Below are positions 49,433-57,911 of a stretch of 64,000 nucleotides of DNA, one piece after another. A model generated the notes under the pieces. It was not told where the DNA came from and searched no databases. It saw only the letters and a list, made by a program, of their open reading frames with translations. Where the stretch lies: the IMG/VR virus record IMGVR_UViG_3300033489_000003, positions 1 through 64,000 of that record, one strand, 5' to 3'. The stretch's first letter is position 1; the number at the start of each line of letters is the position of its first letter. The DNA comes from a virus. Both the position numbers and the translations under genes were made by a program.

Positions 49433-50152
49433 TTACCGCAACCGACGCAGCTCGACCGCGTAGTATCGCCGTTCCCACTCCGCCCGCCCATGTCCGTCGC
49501 CGCGCCGCCCGCCTAGCGAAGCAACGCGAATGCGCGTCGCGTCTAGCTGCCCACCGAGCGAGCACGCGTAGGCCGGATGGATCGGCAGGTCGTGCTCGAC
49601 GAGATACGCGAACACGTCGAGCCCGGACCACCACCCGATGGGCGCGCACGTGGACGCGCTGGACTCGCCGTATGCGCGCATCCGCGCCTTGCGTTGCCCG
49701 CTCTCGTCGGCGCGTACGCCGCTCACGTGAGCAGCGCCGAAGCGTTGCGCCGCTTCAGCGAAGCCACGCTCAAGCGTGCCCGTAGCATGCCAGCCGTCTT
49801 CGTCGCGGATGCACTGGCTCACGATCTCGTGATAGTTTGAGCTCGGGTACGTTTGAAAAAAAGCGTCTCGCACGAGCGAGCAATCAGGGTTGCAGATAGG
49901 CTCAACGCGGATCCAAACGACAGGCACCTCCGCCGCAAGCCCGGACACCATGTGAGCGATCACGACCGAGTCCTTCCCCCAACTGACACCCGCGTAGCAT
50001 CGCGTCCTAGCTACGAATTCGGCGACAGCCGCGCGCGCCCTATCTACGTGACGACGGTAGAGCGACAACGACGCGTGGGCTCGCGCTGTCCTCTCAACTA
50101 TCTCCCACGCCGCAAGGTCATCTGGCGTGTGCCGCGGTGACGCAATCAGCAC
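49433..50152 (-). CDS. cysH: CysH/PAPS-reductase-like protein of type IV-B loci
   Basis: GVSWGKDS PP-loop; GVRADES..R; PIGWWSGLDVFAYL...LPIHPAY. Confidence 0.85.
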   Translation of the reverse strand: MLIASPRHTPDDLAAWEIVERTARAHASLSLYRRHVDRARAAVAEFVARTRCYAGVSWGKDSVVIAHMVSGLAAEVPVVWIRVEPICNPDCSLVRDAFFQTYPSSNYHEIVSQCIRDEDGWHATGTLERGFAEAAQRFGAAHVSGVRADESGQRKARMRAYGESSASTCAPIGWWSGLDVFAYLVEHDLPIHPAYACSLGGQLDATRIRVASLGGRRGDGHGRAEWERRYYAVELRRLR

Positions 50153-50613
50153 GGTCGCCACGCACCGAAAACGCTCTCGGCTAGCCTTTCGTGTTTGCGC
50201 CATTCGCCAAACCCAAACCGCTGCATCTCGTCCCACGTGGCAGATCGTGTCCAGCCTGTGTGAAGTCGATGGGCGGCGACAACGGCGCCTGTCCTATGCG
50301 ACCCTTTCCAACAATGCACGAGCGTTCCACGCACAAGAAGCGATAGCACGTTGAGCGCTGGTAATCCCAGATGCTCATCGATCGGAAATCGAACGTACTC
50401 AACGCCAAGCTTTGCGTAGGTGCTTGAGGCCAGCAGTTGGCGAGGATTGTCTCTGAGGTCGACGACGCGACGGATTGCGTTATGAGTCAATGCCAGCTTC
50501 AATTCTCCGGCGGAATACTTTCCGGATCGGAACAGCCCGCGGTCGAATTCTGCGAACCTGCGCAAGCTCGTCAGCCCGGCACCGCGCAAAGCTGCTCTCG
50601 CGAATGCATCCAA
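50146..50613 (-). CDS. tyrosine/dual-specificity phosphatase-like protein (start uncertain)
   Basis: LFRSG, VVDLR and P-loop HCWKGSHRTG. Confidence 0.8.
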   Translation of the reverse strand: MDAFARAALRGAGLTSLRRFAEFDRGLFRSGKYSAGELKLALTHNAIRRVVDLRDNPRQLLASSTYAKLGVEYVRFPIDEHLGLPALNVLSLLVRGTLVHCWKGSHRTGAVVAAHRLHTGWTRSATWDEMQRFGFGEWRKHERLAESVFGAWRPC

Positions 50614-51218
50614 TACGGAAACGTGATCGTTGCATACGCGAGCGGAGGATCCTCTAAACCTGGCCAGTCCGCCGGCAACGCGCGCAGTGGCTTACCATCT
50701 CGGACGACTGGAAACCCGTCTCCCCACGACTCATACGGGTCCACGGCCCACTCGCGAACCCTTCCGCGCCCGGTTGAACGCTTGTGCCCAAGGTAGCGAA
50801 CGAGAGTGAGCAGATCGCGAATGGCGTCAGCGTCACCCATGGCGAACCACTCAACCTCGTCGCGCTCTGCCCACGCTACTTCGCTCGGCAAGCGGTACGA
50901 CTTCGTTGGCCCTGCCGATAACAGAATCCGTCTGAACTTCGTTGCGCCCATTGCCTGCGCTTCGGCAAGCGGGAACTTGCGGTTGACGTATCGCAGCTCG
51001 TGCTGGTCGAATTTAGGCGTAGCGAACGAGCACAGGTGAAACCTACCGCAGGGCTCCTTCGTAACCGGGATCTCGATGTCGGCGAGTTCGCCGAATCCTG
51101 GCGGTGGCAGTTGATCGCGCTGTGCCACGGCCCACGCGAGCAGACCATCTAGGCGTAACGACCCGTCCCGTAGCGAGATGGGGCCATCTAGCCGCGCCGT
51201 GATTCGAAGCGGAGTCAC
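50571..51218 (-). CDS. csf3: Csf3 (Cas5-like RAMP)
   Basis: PLRITARL...LDGLLA; LGHKRSTGRGRV..W. Confidence 0.85.
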   Translation of the reverse strand: MTPLRITARLDGPISLRDGSLRLDGLLAWAVAQRDQLPPPGFGELADIEIPVTKEPCGRFHLCSFATPKFDQHELRYVNRKFPLAEAQAMGATKFRRILLSAGPTKSYRLPSEVAWAERDEVEWFAMGDADAIRDLLTLVRYLGHKRSTGRGRVREWAVDPYESWGDGFPVVRDGKPLRALPADWPGLEDPPLAYATITFPYWMHSREQLCAVPG

Positions 51219-52198
51219 GCATTCACCGTAGCGAGAAACTCTTTGATGCGCGCCGCCCTGGCTTGAACGTGCGACCTGAACATGGTCCCAGTCTTCGCGG
51301 CAAGATCCGTCGTGTCCATGGGGTGTAGCCTATCAGCCGGCGCACTTACGGCAACGCCCTTGGCCATAATGGCGCGGAGTAGCCCATGCCCTGTTCCTCG
51401 CTTTCCGCCGACGCGCGCGTTGGCAAGCATTGCTGCCACCGTAGTGGAGAAAACGTCGACATCGAGATCGTTGTAGAGCGTGGCCTCGACTCCCCAAGAG
51501 AAAAGCGAGCCTGACGCGACGCGTTCGAACGTGCGGGGCAACATCGTACTCTTCGTTGCCTCCCGCGCCGTTGCGATGTCGGTATCGTGCGCGGCTTCGC
51601 TCTGCAAGAGTCGGTTCTCCGCATCGGAAGCGGCGCCAGCAGATAGGAGCTTACGCTTGCCTGGGTCGAGCGTTGGGTCCATGCGCACGCGCTGCTCTAG
51701 TTCCATGTGCGCGCGTGACGTGTCGAACTGACCTACGTGATCAACGATCCACTTTGGCAAAAGGTGCTTTGACTCCGCGCAAACCAGCAACGCGTCCTCC
51801 ACGACGAGTCGCCCAGGGATGACGCGATTGCCTGCGCACCCGCCCAGCAGCGACAGGGACGGCACGAGATCACACATCTCTCGATAGGTGTCGAGTTTGA
51901 TGGTGCTGGCGTCACCACGTCCAGTGATCATTCCGCCAGCAAAGAGAAGGCGGAGAGCGGCCTCCGACAGCGACGGGTCGGCCAGCAGCCCAGCGGCGTC
52001 GAGAAACGCGTACGCGATGGCCTCACGGCAAGCGTGGCGCATCGTGTCCGACGTCACGCACGCCACTTGCGCCCACGCACCATCAGGCATGCGGATCTTG
52101 CGACGGAACGCGACGGCGCTGTTCCCGTGCACTTCAGAGTGGTGCGCTATTGGCGTTGCCGCCTCCAGCAAAAACTCAAACCGTTTGATCTCGTGCAT
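51215..52198 (-). CDS. csf2: Csf2 (Cas7-like RAMP)
   Basis: ATPIAH, MRHACR, LFAGG, PSLSLLGG, VGGKRGTGHG; AAGGAGG RBS. Confidence 0.88.
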   Translation of the reverse strand: MHEIKRFEFLLEAATPIAHHSEVHGNSAVAFRRKIRMPDGAWAQVACVTSDTMRHACREAIAYAFLDAAGLLADPSLSEAALRLLFAGGMITGRGDASTIKLDTYREMCDLVPSLSLLGGCAGNRVIPGRLVVEDALLVCAESKHLLPKWIVDHVGQFDTSRAHMELEQRVRMDPTLDPGKRKLLSAGAASDAENRLLQSEAAHDTDIATAREATKSTMLPRTFERVASGSLFSWGVEATLYNDLDVDVFSTTVAAMLANARVGGKRGTGHGLLRAIMAKGVAVSAPADRLHPMDTTDLAAKTGTMFRSHVQARAARIKEFLATVNA

Positions 52199-52559
52199 CT
52201 CTAGCCTCCTTACGTTCTTCGGCAATCTTTCTAGTCAAAACCAACAGGAACGCGTATTCCCGCTCGATAAGGTCCAGCCACTCACTTGCGCACCCGCGCT
52301 CGTGCACGAGGTGCGTCAGTTGGAGTAATGATGTCGAATAGCGAACACTGGGCGCCGACAGTTGGAGCTGTCTTGCGATCATCGTCGCCCACTCCTCCGG
52401 ACCCGACGACATCCGCGCCGCCGCTCTCATTCTGTCCTGCAACTGCTCCCAATGTTTCAGCACGTTCACGTGCGGCGTCGACAGGTATGCCGCTCGGATC
52501 TCGAGCAGCACGTCTACCGTCGCGCTTCGGAGTTGCTCCTTCACCTTTTCTTCTATCAC
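52176..52559 (-). CDS. Cas11-like small subunit
   Basis: 127-aa helical protein with WEQLQDRMRAAA; AAGGAGG RBS; between csf1 and csf2. Confidence 0.68.
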   Translation of the reverse strand: MIEEKVKEQLRSATVDVLLEIRAAYLSTPHVNVLKHWEQLQDRMRAAARMSSGPEEWATMIARQLQLSAPSVRYSTSLLQLTHLVHERGCASEWLDLIEREYAFLLVLTRKIAEERKEARDARDQTV

Positions 52560-53286
52560 GCTGAGCCTCCTTCTTTGCGGCCCGCGCCGCCTTCTCTTCT
52601 TCCATTCGTTTGGCGACCGTTTCTTCATCTCGTTGCGCCAGCCATAGCGCGAGCGCGAACCACGGCGAGCGGCGCTTGTCCGACCAGTTCTCCTCGAAAC
52701 GGCGAATCTCTTCGGCGCACCGTTGGTATGAGCCCTGTCCGTACTCACCGCGCTCCACTTCTTCTTTCGTCGCGCCAGCCGTAAGCAACGTCGTCATTCG
52801 ATCGACAAGCGTCCACCCGGACGCATGATCGATCGGAATCGTTACGAGCGTCTCCTCGAACATGATGGCGCCTCGCCGTGTATTTGGCGGGTTCACTGGC
52901 GTCCAAGGAATCACGTGTTTTTGGCCGCTGTCAGCAATAGCTGCGAACCACGGCCCCTCTTTCGGCGCACGCAGCCACGCGCGCATCTCCGGCTTGTTTC
53001 CCTTGTTGAACTTGAGCACGCATCGATCATCTACGAGCCACGAATACATGCGCATCGTATCCGGCGGTCGGCCGGCCATCACGTGGACGCATGAAGCGCA
53101 AACATGTGCGCTGGACGGCGACCGAACGCGTGACTGACCGACGAACGTACTGCCTAGCCACCGCTCCACCGGAACACCGAACACGCTCGATCCGGCGCAG
53201 ACCCAGCAATGTTCAGCGGCATGCTCTACAGCGTCGGCGACCTTCGCCCCGCCGAGACGGTCGCTCAAAAGTTGAGAGGCCATCAT
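52282..53286 (-). CDS. csf1: Csf1 (Cas8-like large subunit)
   Basis: CWVC...VCASC Zn finger; GQKHVIPWTPVN. Confidence 0.8.
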   Translation of the reverse strand: MMASQLLSDRLGGAKVADAVEHAAEHCWVCAGSSVFGVPVERWLGSTFVGQSRVRSPSSAHVCASCVHVMAGRPPDTMRMYSWLVDDRCVLKFNKGNKPEMRAWLRAPKEGPWFAAIADSGQKHVIPWTPVNPPNTRRGAIMFEETLVTIPIDHASGWTLVDRMTTLLTAGATKEEVERGEYGQGSYQRCAEEIRRFEENWSDKRRSPWFALALWLAQRDEETVAKRMEEEKAARAAKKEAQRDRRKGEGATPKRDGRRAARDPSGIPVDAARERAETLGAVAGQNESGGADVVGSGGVGDDDRKTAPTVGAQCSLFDIITPTDAPRARARVRK

Positions 53287-54230
53287 CACAGCATCATGTC
53301 CGTTATTATGACACGACCGCACCCGAATGCCGTTCTGCCTCCGAATCCAATCCTAGCCGCCGCCTCGAGCAGCCACCGCGAAACCGCGTTCACCTCAAGC
53401 ACGAGCGATCCGCTCCACCCACGCACGGGCCCATACTTACCACCGAATGGTATCGTTTCCGGATGCGTGTCCTGTGACACGATCTCAACGCAGATCCTCT
53501 TGGCGACATAGCGCGCCCACTCCTCTGACGGGGCGAGTCGTCGAACGAACTCAACACCGATCGCGCTTGCTATGTTGACGGCGCCAGGTCGAACGCATTC
53601 CGACGCACCACCGCCCGAGCGAATGACGATCGGAGTGATGGCGTCGAGCCGAACCAGCTGCCGCCCGCGCCTTTGGATCGCAGGTGATCGAAAGCGCCAC
53701 GCCGGTCCAAACGTTAGCGTAGTCGGCCGGTCGAACAACGGAACGTGTACCGACTTTCCTGCTAGCTTCATTCCTTCCTGTCTGAACCAGTGTACTCCCC
53801 ATCCGGATCCATGCGGGACGAGAGAGAAGTTTGGAATACGCGGCACGTGGCCGGCGCCGAGTACAGCCGTAAGCGCGCCATGAAGAGCGGGCGAGTTTCT
53901 TAGTTCGATGGGCCAACGCGGCAACGGTGAATAGTGCACCGTCATGGCGCATCCCGGAAGGTGGACATGGTATGGAGGAGCGCCGGCAAGCCAATGGTTT
54001 TGGCGCGTGCAGTTTCTGTTCCTCCTCGCCCACGCTTCGCACCGAAGCCTTACGGCAAGCGTTTCGCCAATCGGTCGGCGTCGCTCTCTAGTCTGTTCGC
54101 GAGCGCTGTCTAGCGTGCGTTTGCGTTTGCTCCTACAGGCTTCAGAGCACGTCGCCGCGTTCGCGCACAGTTTCCGGAACGTTGACCCGCATTGAACGCA
54201 CCAAGCTTGCCTTATTGAGGACAACGGCAT
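53286..54230 (-). CDS. Cas6-like RAMP with N-terminal Zn finger
   Basis: LHGAL, ITPIVIR, GWSGSL and C-terminal GFGGRTAFGCGRV G-loop; N-terminal CVQC...CSEAC. Confidence 0.78.
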   Translation of the reverse strand: MPLSSIRQAWCVQCGSTFRKLCANAATCSEACRSKRKRTLDSAREQTRERRRPIGETLAVRLRCEAWARRNRNCTRQNHWLAGAPPYHVHLPGCAMTVHYSPLPRWPIELRNSPALHGALTAVLGAGHVPRIPNFSLVPHGSGWGVHWFRQEGMKLAGKSVHVPLFDRPTTLTFGPAWRFRSPAIQRRGRQLVRLDAITPIVIRSGGGASECVRPGAVNIASAIGVEFVRRLAPSEEWARYVAKRICVEIVSQDTHPETIPFGGKYGPVRGWSGSLVLEVNAVSRWLLEAAARIGFGGRTAFGCGRVIITDMML

Positions 54231-54232
54231 TG

Positions 54233-54529
54233 CTACTCTCTCCTCCTGTAACGCTCAACACATCTAACGCAGCTCGGCACGTTGGCGCTCGTCACCGTGT
54301 GCGCCGGCTTGCTGCAAAAATAGCATTCGAAGATTCCACGCTGCTTACGTGTGCCGTCGAGTTGTTCGCCAGTCTCCGGCTTGCGCCGCGGCGTCGCAGC
54401 TTGCTGCGTGATTGACACCGGTTCGTTGGCGTTATCCCAAACGAGCATGCCCACCGGAAACATCACCCCGACCTCCCGCATGTCGGACACCGCGCGATCA
54501 ATCCCATCAGCCGCGCGTGCGTTTTGCAC
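54233..54529 (-). CDS. hypothetical Zn-finger protein
   Basis: CYFC...CVRC; start uncertain. Confidence 0.45.
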   Translation of the reverse strand: MQNARAADGIDRAVSDMREVGVMFPVGMLVWDNANEPVSITQQAATPRRKPETGEQLDGTRKQRGIFECYFCSKPAHTVTSANVPSCVRCVERYRRRE

Positions 54530-54556
54530 GGAACGCGCGGTTGCGTGACAACTCCT

Positions 54557-55750
54557 TCACGAAGCATTGTCTGCCTCGCTACGGCTTCTCGGTTCAACGA
54601 GGCGCTTACAGCTCGCCCCTCCCCGATCGCGGTGCCCCCGCGATTGTACGTTCTTGGCAGCGTTGACGTCGCGGTCCAGTACGAGTCCGCAATGCGGACA
54701 GTCGTGGACGCGAACGCTTAGGCTCTTGCGAACCGTAGCGCCGCAACCGCTGCATTCTTGTGATGTGCCGCGTGGTTCCACCTTGATGAACTCGCGTCCG
54801 GCGCTTTCAGCCTTGTACGCGAGAATCCTGATGAATTGTGCCCATCCGGCGTCGTGAACTTGTTTGGCTAGGCGCATCTGCGCCAAACCTTTGATGCTGA
54901 GATTTTCGACGGCGACCGAATCGAAACGGGCGACGATGCCGCGCGCCGCCTTGTGGTGGAAGTCGAGCCGAGCTCGCCTGACGCGGTCGTGTTGCTTCGC
55001 TAGCAACACAACCGCTTTGCGACGCCGACGCGAACCGCGTTTGCGGCGAGTGACCTTACGGTCAGCCGTTTTGAGCAATTGTAACGCGGACTCGTAGCGC
55101 CTTGGATTCTCAACAGTCTCGCCGGTGCTCAGAGCGGCGAAAGTGGTGACGCCAACGTCGATGCCAACGCTGGCGCCTGTTGCCGTTAGATGTTCGACGC
55201 GGACGTTGTCGCACACGAAAGTCACATACCAGTGGCCGTCTCCGGCGAGCGTGACGCGGACTTGCTTGACCGTGCCTACGATCGGGCGATGCAGCTTAAC
55301 CTTGACCTTGCCGATGCAAGACAGTTCCACCTTGGTTCCGCCAGCAACAAGGCGAGCGCCGTTGCGATTTATCGCGTCACGGAACGTGAAAGTGCGGTAG
55401 CGCCCACGCCCCTTGAACCGTGGAAACCCAGGAGTCTCGCCGGCCTTGCAGCGACGGAAGAACGCACGGTAGGCGCGGTCGAGACGCGTGATAGCGTCCT
55501 GGAGCAGGTGGACGTGAATGCCAGTGTACTCTGGCCGTACAACGCGAACTTCCTTCAGCTCAAGCTGCTGTTGGTACTCGGAAATGGATCGCCCCTGCTT
55601 CTTGTAAGCGTCTCTTCGCTCCTGTAGAGCAGCGTTGTATAGTTCACACAGTAGGCGCATCGTTTCTCGCAAGCGCGCCTCTTGGGCCCGCGTAGGATAG
55701 ATACGATAGCGATAGGCGCGGATCACAGCGCCATCCTTGACTCTACTCAT
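54557..55750 (-). CDS. tnpB: RNA-guided endonuclease TnpB (IS200/IS605 family)
   Basis: AYRYRIYPT, GFPRFK, GIDVG, VAVENL, TSQECSGCG, CPHCG, DRDVNAAKN. Confidence 0.95.
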   Translation of the reverse strand: MSRVKDGAVIRAYRYRIYPTRAQEARLRETMRLLCELYNAALQERRDAYKKQGRSISEYQQQLELKEVRVVRPEYTGIHVHLLQDAITRLDRAYRAFFRRCKAGETPGFPRFKGRGRYRTFTFRDAINRNGARLVAGGTKVELSCIGKVKVKLHRPIVGTVKQVRVTLAGDGHWYVTFVCDNVRVEHLTATGASVGIDVGVTTFAALSTGETVENPRRYESALQLLKTADRKVTRRKRGSRRRRKAVVLLAKQHDRVRRARLDFHHKAARGIVARFDSVAVENLSIKGLAQMRLAKQVHDAGWAQFIRILAYKAESAGREFIKVEPRGTSQECSGCGATVRKSLSVRVHDCPHCGLVLDRDVNAAKNVQSRGHRDRGGASCKRLVEPRSRSEADNAS

Positions 55751-55858
55751 TTAGCCACCGCCGCACCTTCTCGCCCGGCACGTCGGACTTGCAGCGGTCG
55801 GCTTCGCGGCCTAGGCGCAGCCAGTAGCGTGGTCCGAAGTGGGAGGCGAAGGCGGCGG

Positions 55859-56035
55859 TCATAGGAAACAATCACACGGTGTGGATGCGCCGCACTCCGG
55901 ACAGGCATCTACCTCACAGCATGCGCGTAGAACTTTTTTGCGTCGCGCCTGTCGCCGCTCGAACCATTGGTTGGCCAGCGTGCCGACAAGGCCGACGGCG
56001 GACATTGCGACGGTCACGAACAGCACTGCGGTCAT
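55859..56035 (-). CDS. small membrane/Cys-rich protein
   Basis: Coupled ORF. Confidence 0.4.
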   Translation of the reverse strand: MTAVLFVTVAMSAVGLVGTLANQWFERRQARRKKVLRACCEVDACPECGASTPCDCFL

Positions 56036-56547
56036 GCTGGTCTGCCGCGGTAGAGCGACACCGGTGAGTCGTACCCGGGACGAGAAGGGTGCAGAGGCGA
56101 GCCCGCTCGCGTCACTCCGATGCACATCGGTTTCTTTCCTGTCGCCGCGAGAACCTTCATCACTGCGATGTCGCGATCGCGGTAAAGACCGATGTCTCCC
56201 CAGCCGACGAAGACGTCCATGCAACGCTCGGCCATCGCCAAGATGTGAGCATCATTGTCAGGCCCGATCGGGTCGTCAGCCGCATACATGCCTGCCGGAT
56301 CGGTCGAGATGAACGCGAACAGATTGGCGAGTGACAGCGCGCCGTAGCCCCAGCGCTTCGCGAAACCTATGAGCTTGCGGCAAGTCGCGTCGTTCACGTC
56401 CGCCGTGGCGATCGACGGGTTCGCGCAGATGGCCAGCAGCCGCGGACCTGCCGCCCATCGTTCGCGGTGGAGTTCGTACCGATAGCGACCGCATGGCGAT
56501 AAGACGGCGCTGCCGCGCTCGAGACCGGGTAGGACGGCGGTGGTCAC
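56032..56547 (-). CDS. DUF1643 family protein
   Basis: SPCGRYRYEL.R, NPSIA...D.T, NLFA...T.P, PLHP. Confidence 0.88.
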   Translation of the reverse strand: MTTAVLPGLERGSAVLSPCGRYRYELHRERWAAGPRLLAICANPSIATADVNDATCRKLIGFAKRWGYGALSLANLFAFISTDPAGMYAADDPIGPDNDAHILAMAERCMDVFVGWGDIGLYRDRDIAVMKVLAATGKKPMCIGVTRAGSPLHPSRPGYDSPVSLYRGRPA

Positions 56548-56858
56548 AGCGCGTTTCCGGTCCTTCGCTCAGCTTCGACGCAGCAGTCGAAAAAAAGATC
56601 AACGTCACGCACTCCGCATTTCTTTAGCTCGCGCGCAGCGGCGGCAAAACAGACGCGATGCGCCTTATGTACATCACCGCCCTTCTCAAAGCCCAAGGCG
56701 CCAACCATGCACGCCAACTCGGCGGTAATGCGGGCCGATCGGTAAACGTCCAGTGCGCGCTGGAATAGTTTGTCTTTCAACATCACCGCTGCTTCTTTTG
56801 TAGTGGCCGGGGGCAACCGGACGCGTCGCAGACTCTTTGGACTAAATTTCTTGATCAT
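56544..56858 (-). CDS. hypothetical protein
   Basis: Coupled ORF. Confidence 0.5.
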   Translation of the reverse strand: MIKKFSPKSLRRVRLPPATTKEAAVMLKDKLFQRALDVYRSARITAELACMVGALGFEKGGDVHKAHRVCFAAAARELKKCGVRDVDLFFDCCVEAERRTGNAL

Positions 56859-57370
56859 TCGCTCGCGCTTCCTTTCGCGCCTTCGGCTATCCACGTCGTG
56901 ATGAGCCTCATTTCTTCCTCCTGCCAATAGGGTGAACCCTTGGGCATCCGGTTGGATCCGAATTGTCCGCGAAGCGCTTGCACGATCGCCGACTCGTCGG
57001 GCTTGCCAGGAACGATGATGCGAGTACCGGTAGAGCCGCCGCCTTGGCGGAGCTCGCCCAGCGTGGTCACGTCAAAGCCAGACAGCGCCGTTCCTGTCGA
57101 ATTGGTCACTCCGCGAAGGTGACACGGCGCGCAGCCGCGTCCGACTCCCATGGCGGTCGCCTGGTCCTTTGTTCGCATGATGATGGGCCGGATATCCAGC
57201 GCGAAGCTCACGGTCCCCGGTGGCTCATCGTCGTCGCCATCCACGGCGTCCTCCGCCGCGCCAGCGTCACCAACGTCAACCGGCTCAACGTAGAGCCGGC
57301 CCACGTTGGGGTCGAGTTCGGAGCAGCCCACCATCACGATCGCGATCACTGCGATTCTTGAGCTTTTCAT
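56855..57370 (-). CDS. lipoprotein with planctomycete-type cytochrome c domain
   Basis: Lipobox MVGC; SFALDIRPI, CAPCH, IVPGKPDES, RMP, WIAEGA. Confidence 0.78.
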   Translation of the reverse strand: MKSSRIAVIAIVMVGCSELDPNVGRLYVEPVDVGDAGAAEDAVDGDDDEPPGTVSFALDIRPIIMRTKDQATAMGVGRGCAPCHLRGVTNSTGTALSGFDVTTLGELRQGGGSTGTRIIVPGKPDESAIVQALRGQFGSNRMPKGSPYWQEEEMRLITTWIAEGAKGSASE

Positions 57371-57897
57371 GGCGTCACCGTTTCACATCCCGCCGGCCGC
57401 GTCGACGGGCATCCGTAGCCATTGCGGCACGCCTCCGCGATGTCCTCGCTCGTCAGGCAGTTGAGCGACGCGTCGCTGCCCTTTGGCGCCATGATGGCGC
57501 GCTCGTCACTCACGTGCTCAAGCCCCATCGCGTGACCGAGCTCGTGCGCGAACACGATTCGAAGCGGGTCGCCGTGGAGCTTGTCCATCAGAATCACGAT
57601 CTTCGTCGGCTCGAGCGGGCTGTGTACGCGTGCCGCCACGCCCGTCGTGTGGTCTCGGAAGTAACGGTCGATGTTGCTGGCGCCGCGCGAGTTGCTTCGG
57701 ATGATCATGTTTCGGTCGCTGGCAACGTCGGAGAACCCGATGCCGAAGATGAGATCGCGGTGCAGCCCGGTCGGCGCCCACAGAGCAGCGCCGACGCGGA
57801 TCTGCTCTGCTTCTTCTGGCGTGAATCGTTGATCAACATAATACAACTCTCCAAAACACGCCGTGCATAGCACCGACAGCAACGCCGCGCTCGACAT
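57367..57897 (-). CDS. matrixin-like zinc metallopeptidase
   Basis: HELGHAMGLEH plus Met-turn AIM. Confidence 0.8.
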   Translation of the reverse strand: MSSAALLSVLCTACFGELYYVDQRFTPEEAEQIRVGAALWAPTGLHRDLIFGIGFSDVASDRNMIIRSNSRGASNIDRYFRDHTTGVAARVHSPLEPTKIVILMDKLHGDPLRIVFAHELGHAMGLEHVSDERAIMAPKGSDASLNCLTSEDIAEACRNGYGCPSTRPAGCETVTP

Positions 57898-57911
57898 GCG
57901 CGTCGCGCTGC

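Noticed and set aside
49433-50152. cysH as a sulfur-assimilation auxiliary metabolic gene
   Set aside because: It is coupled to csf genes, as in type IV-B loci, and no other cys genes are present.
54500-55860. Complete IS200/IS605 element
   Set aside because: No tnpA is present and I could not identify terminal hairpins, so only the TnpB CDS is reported.
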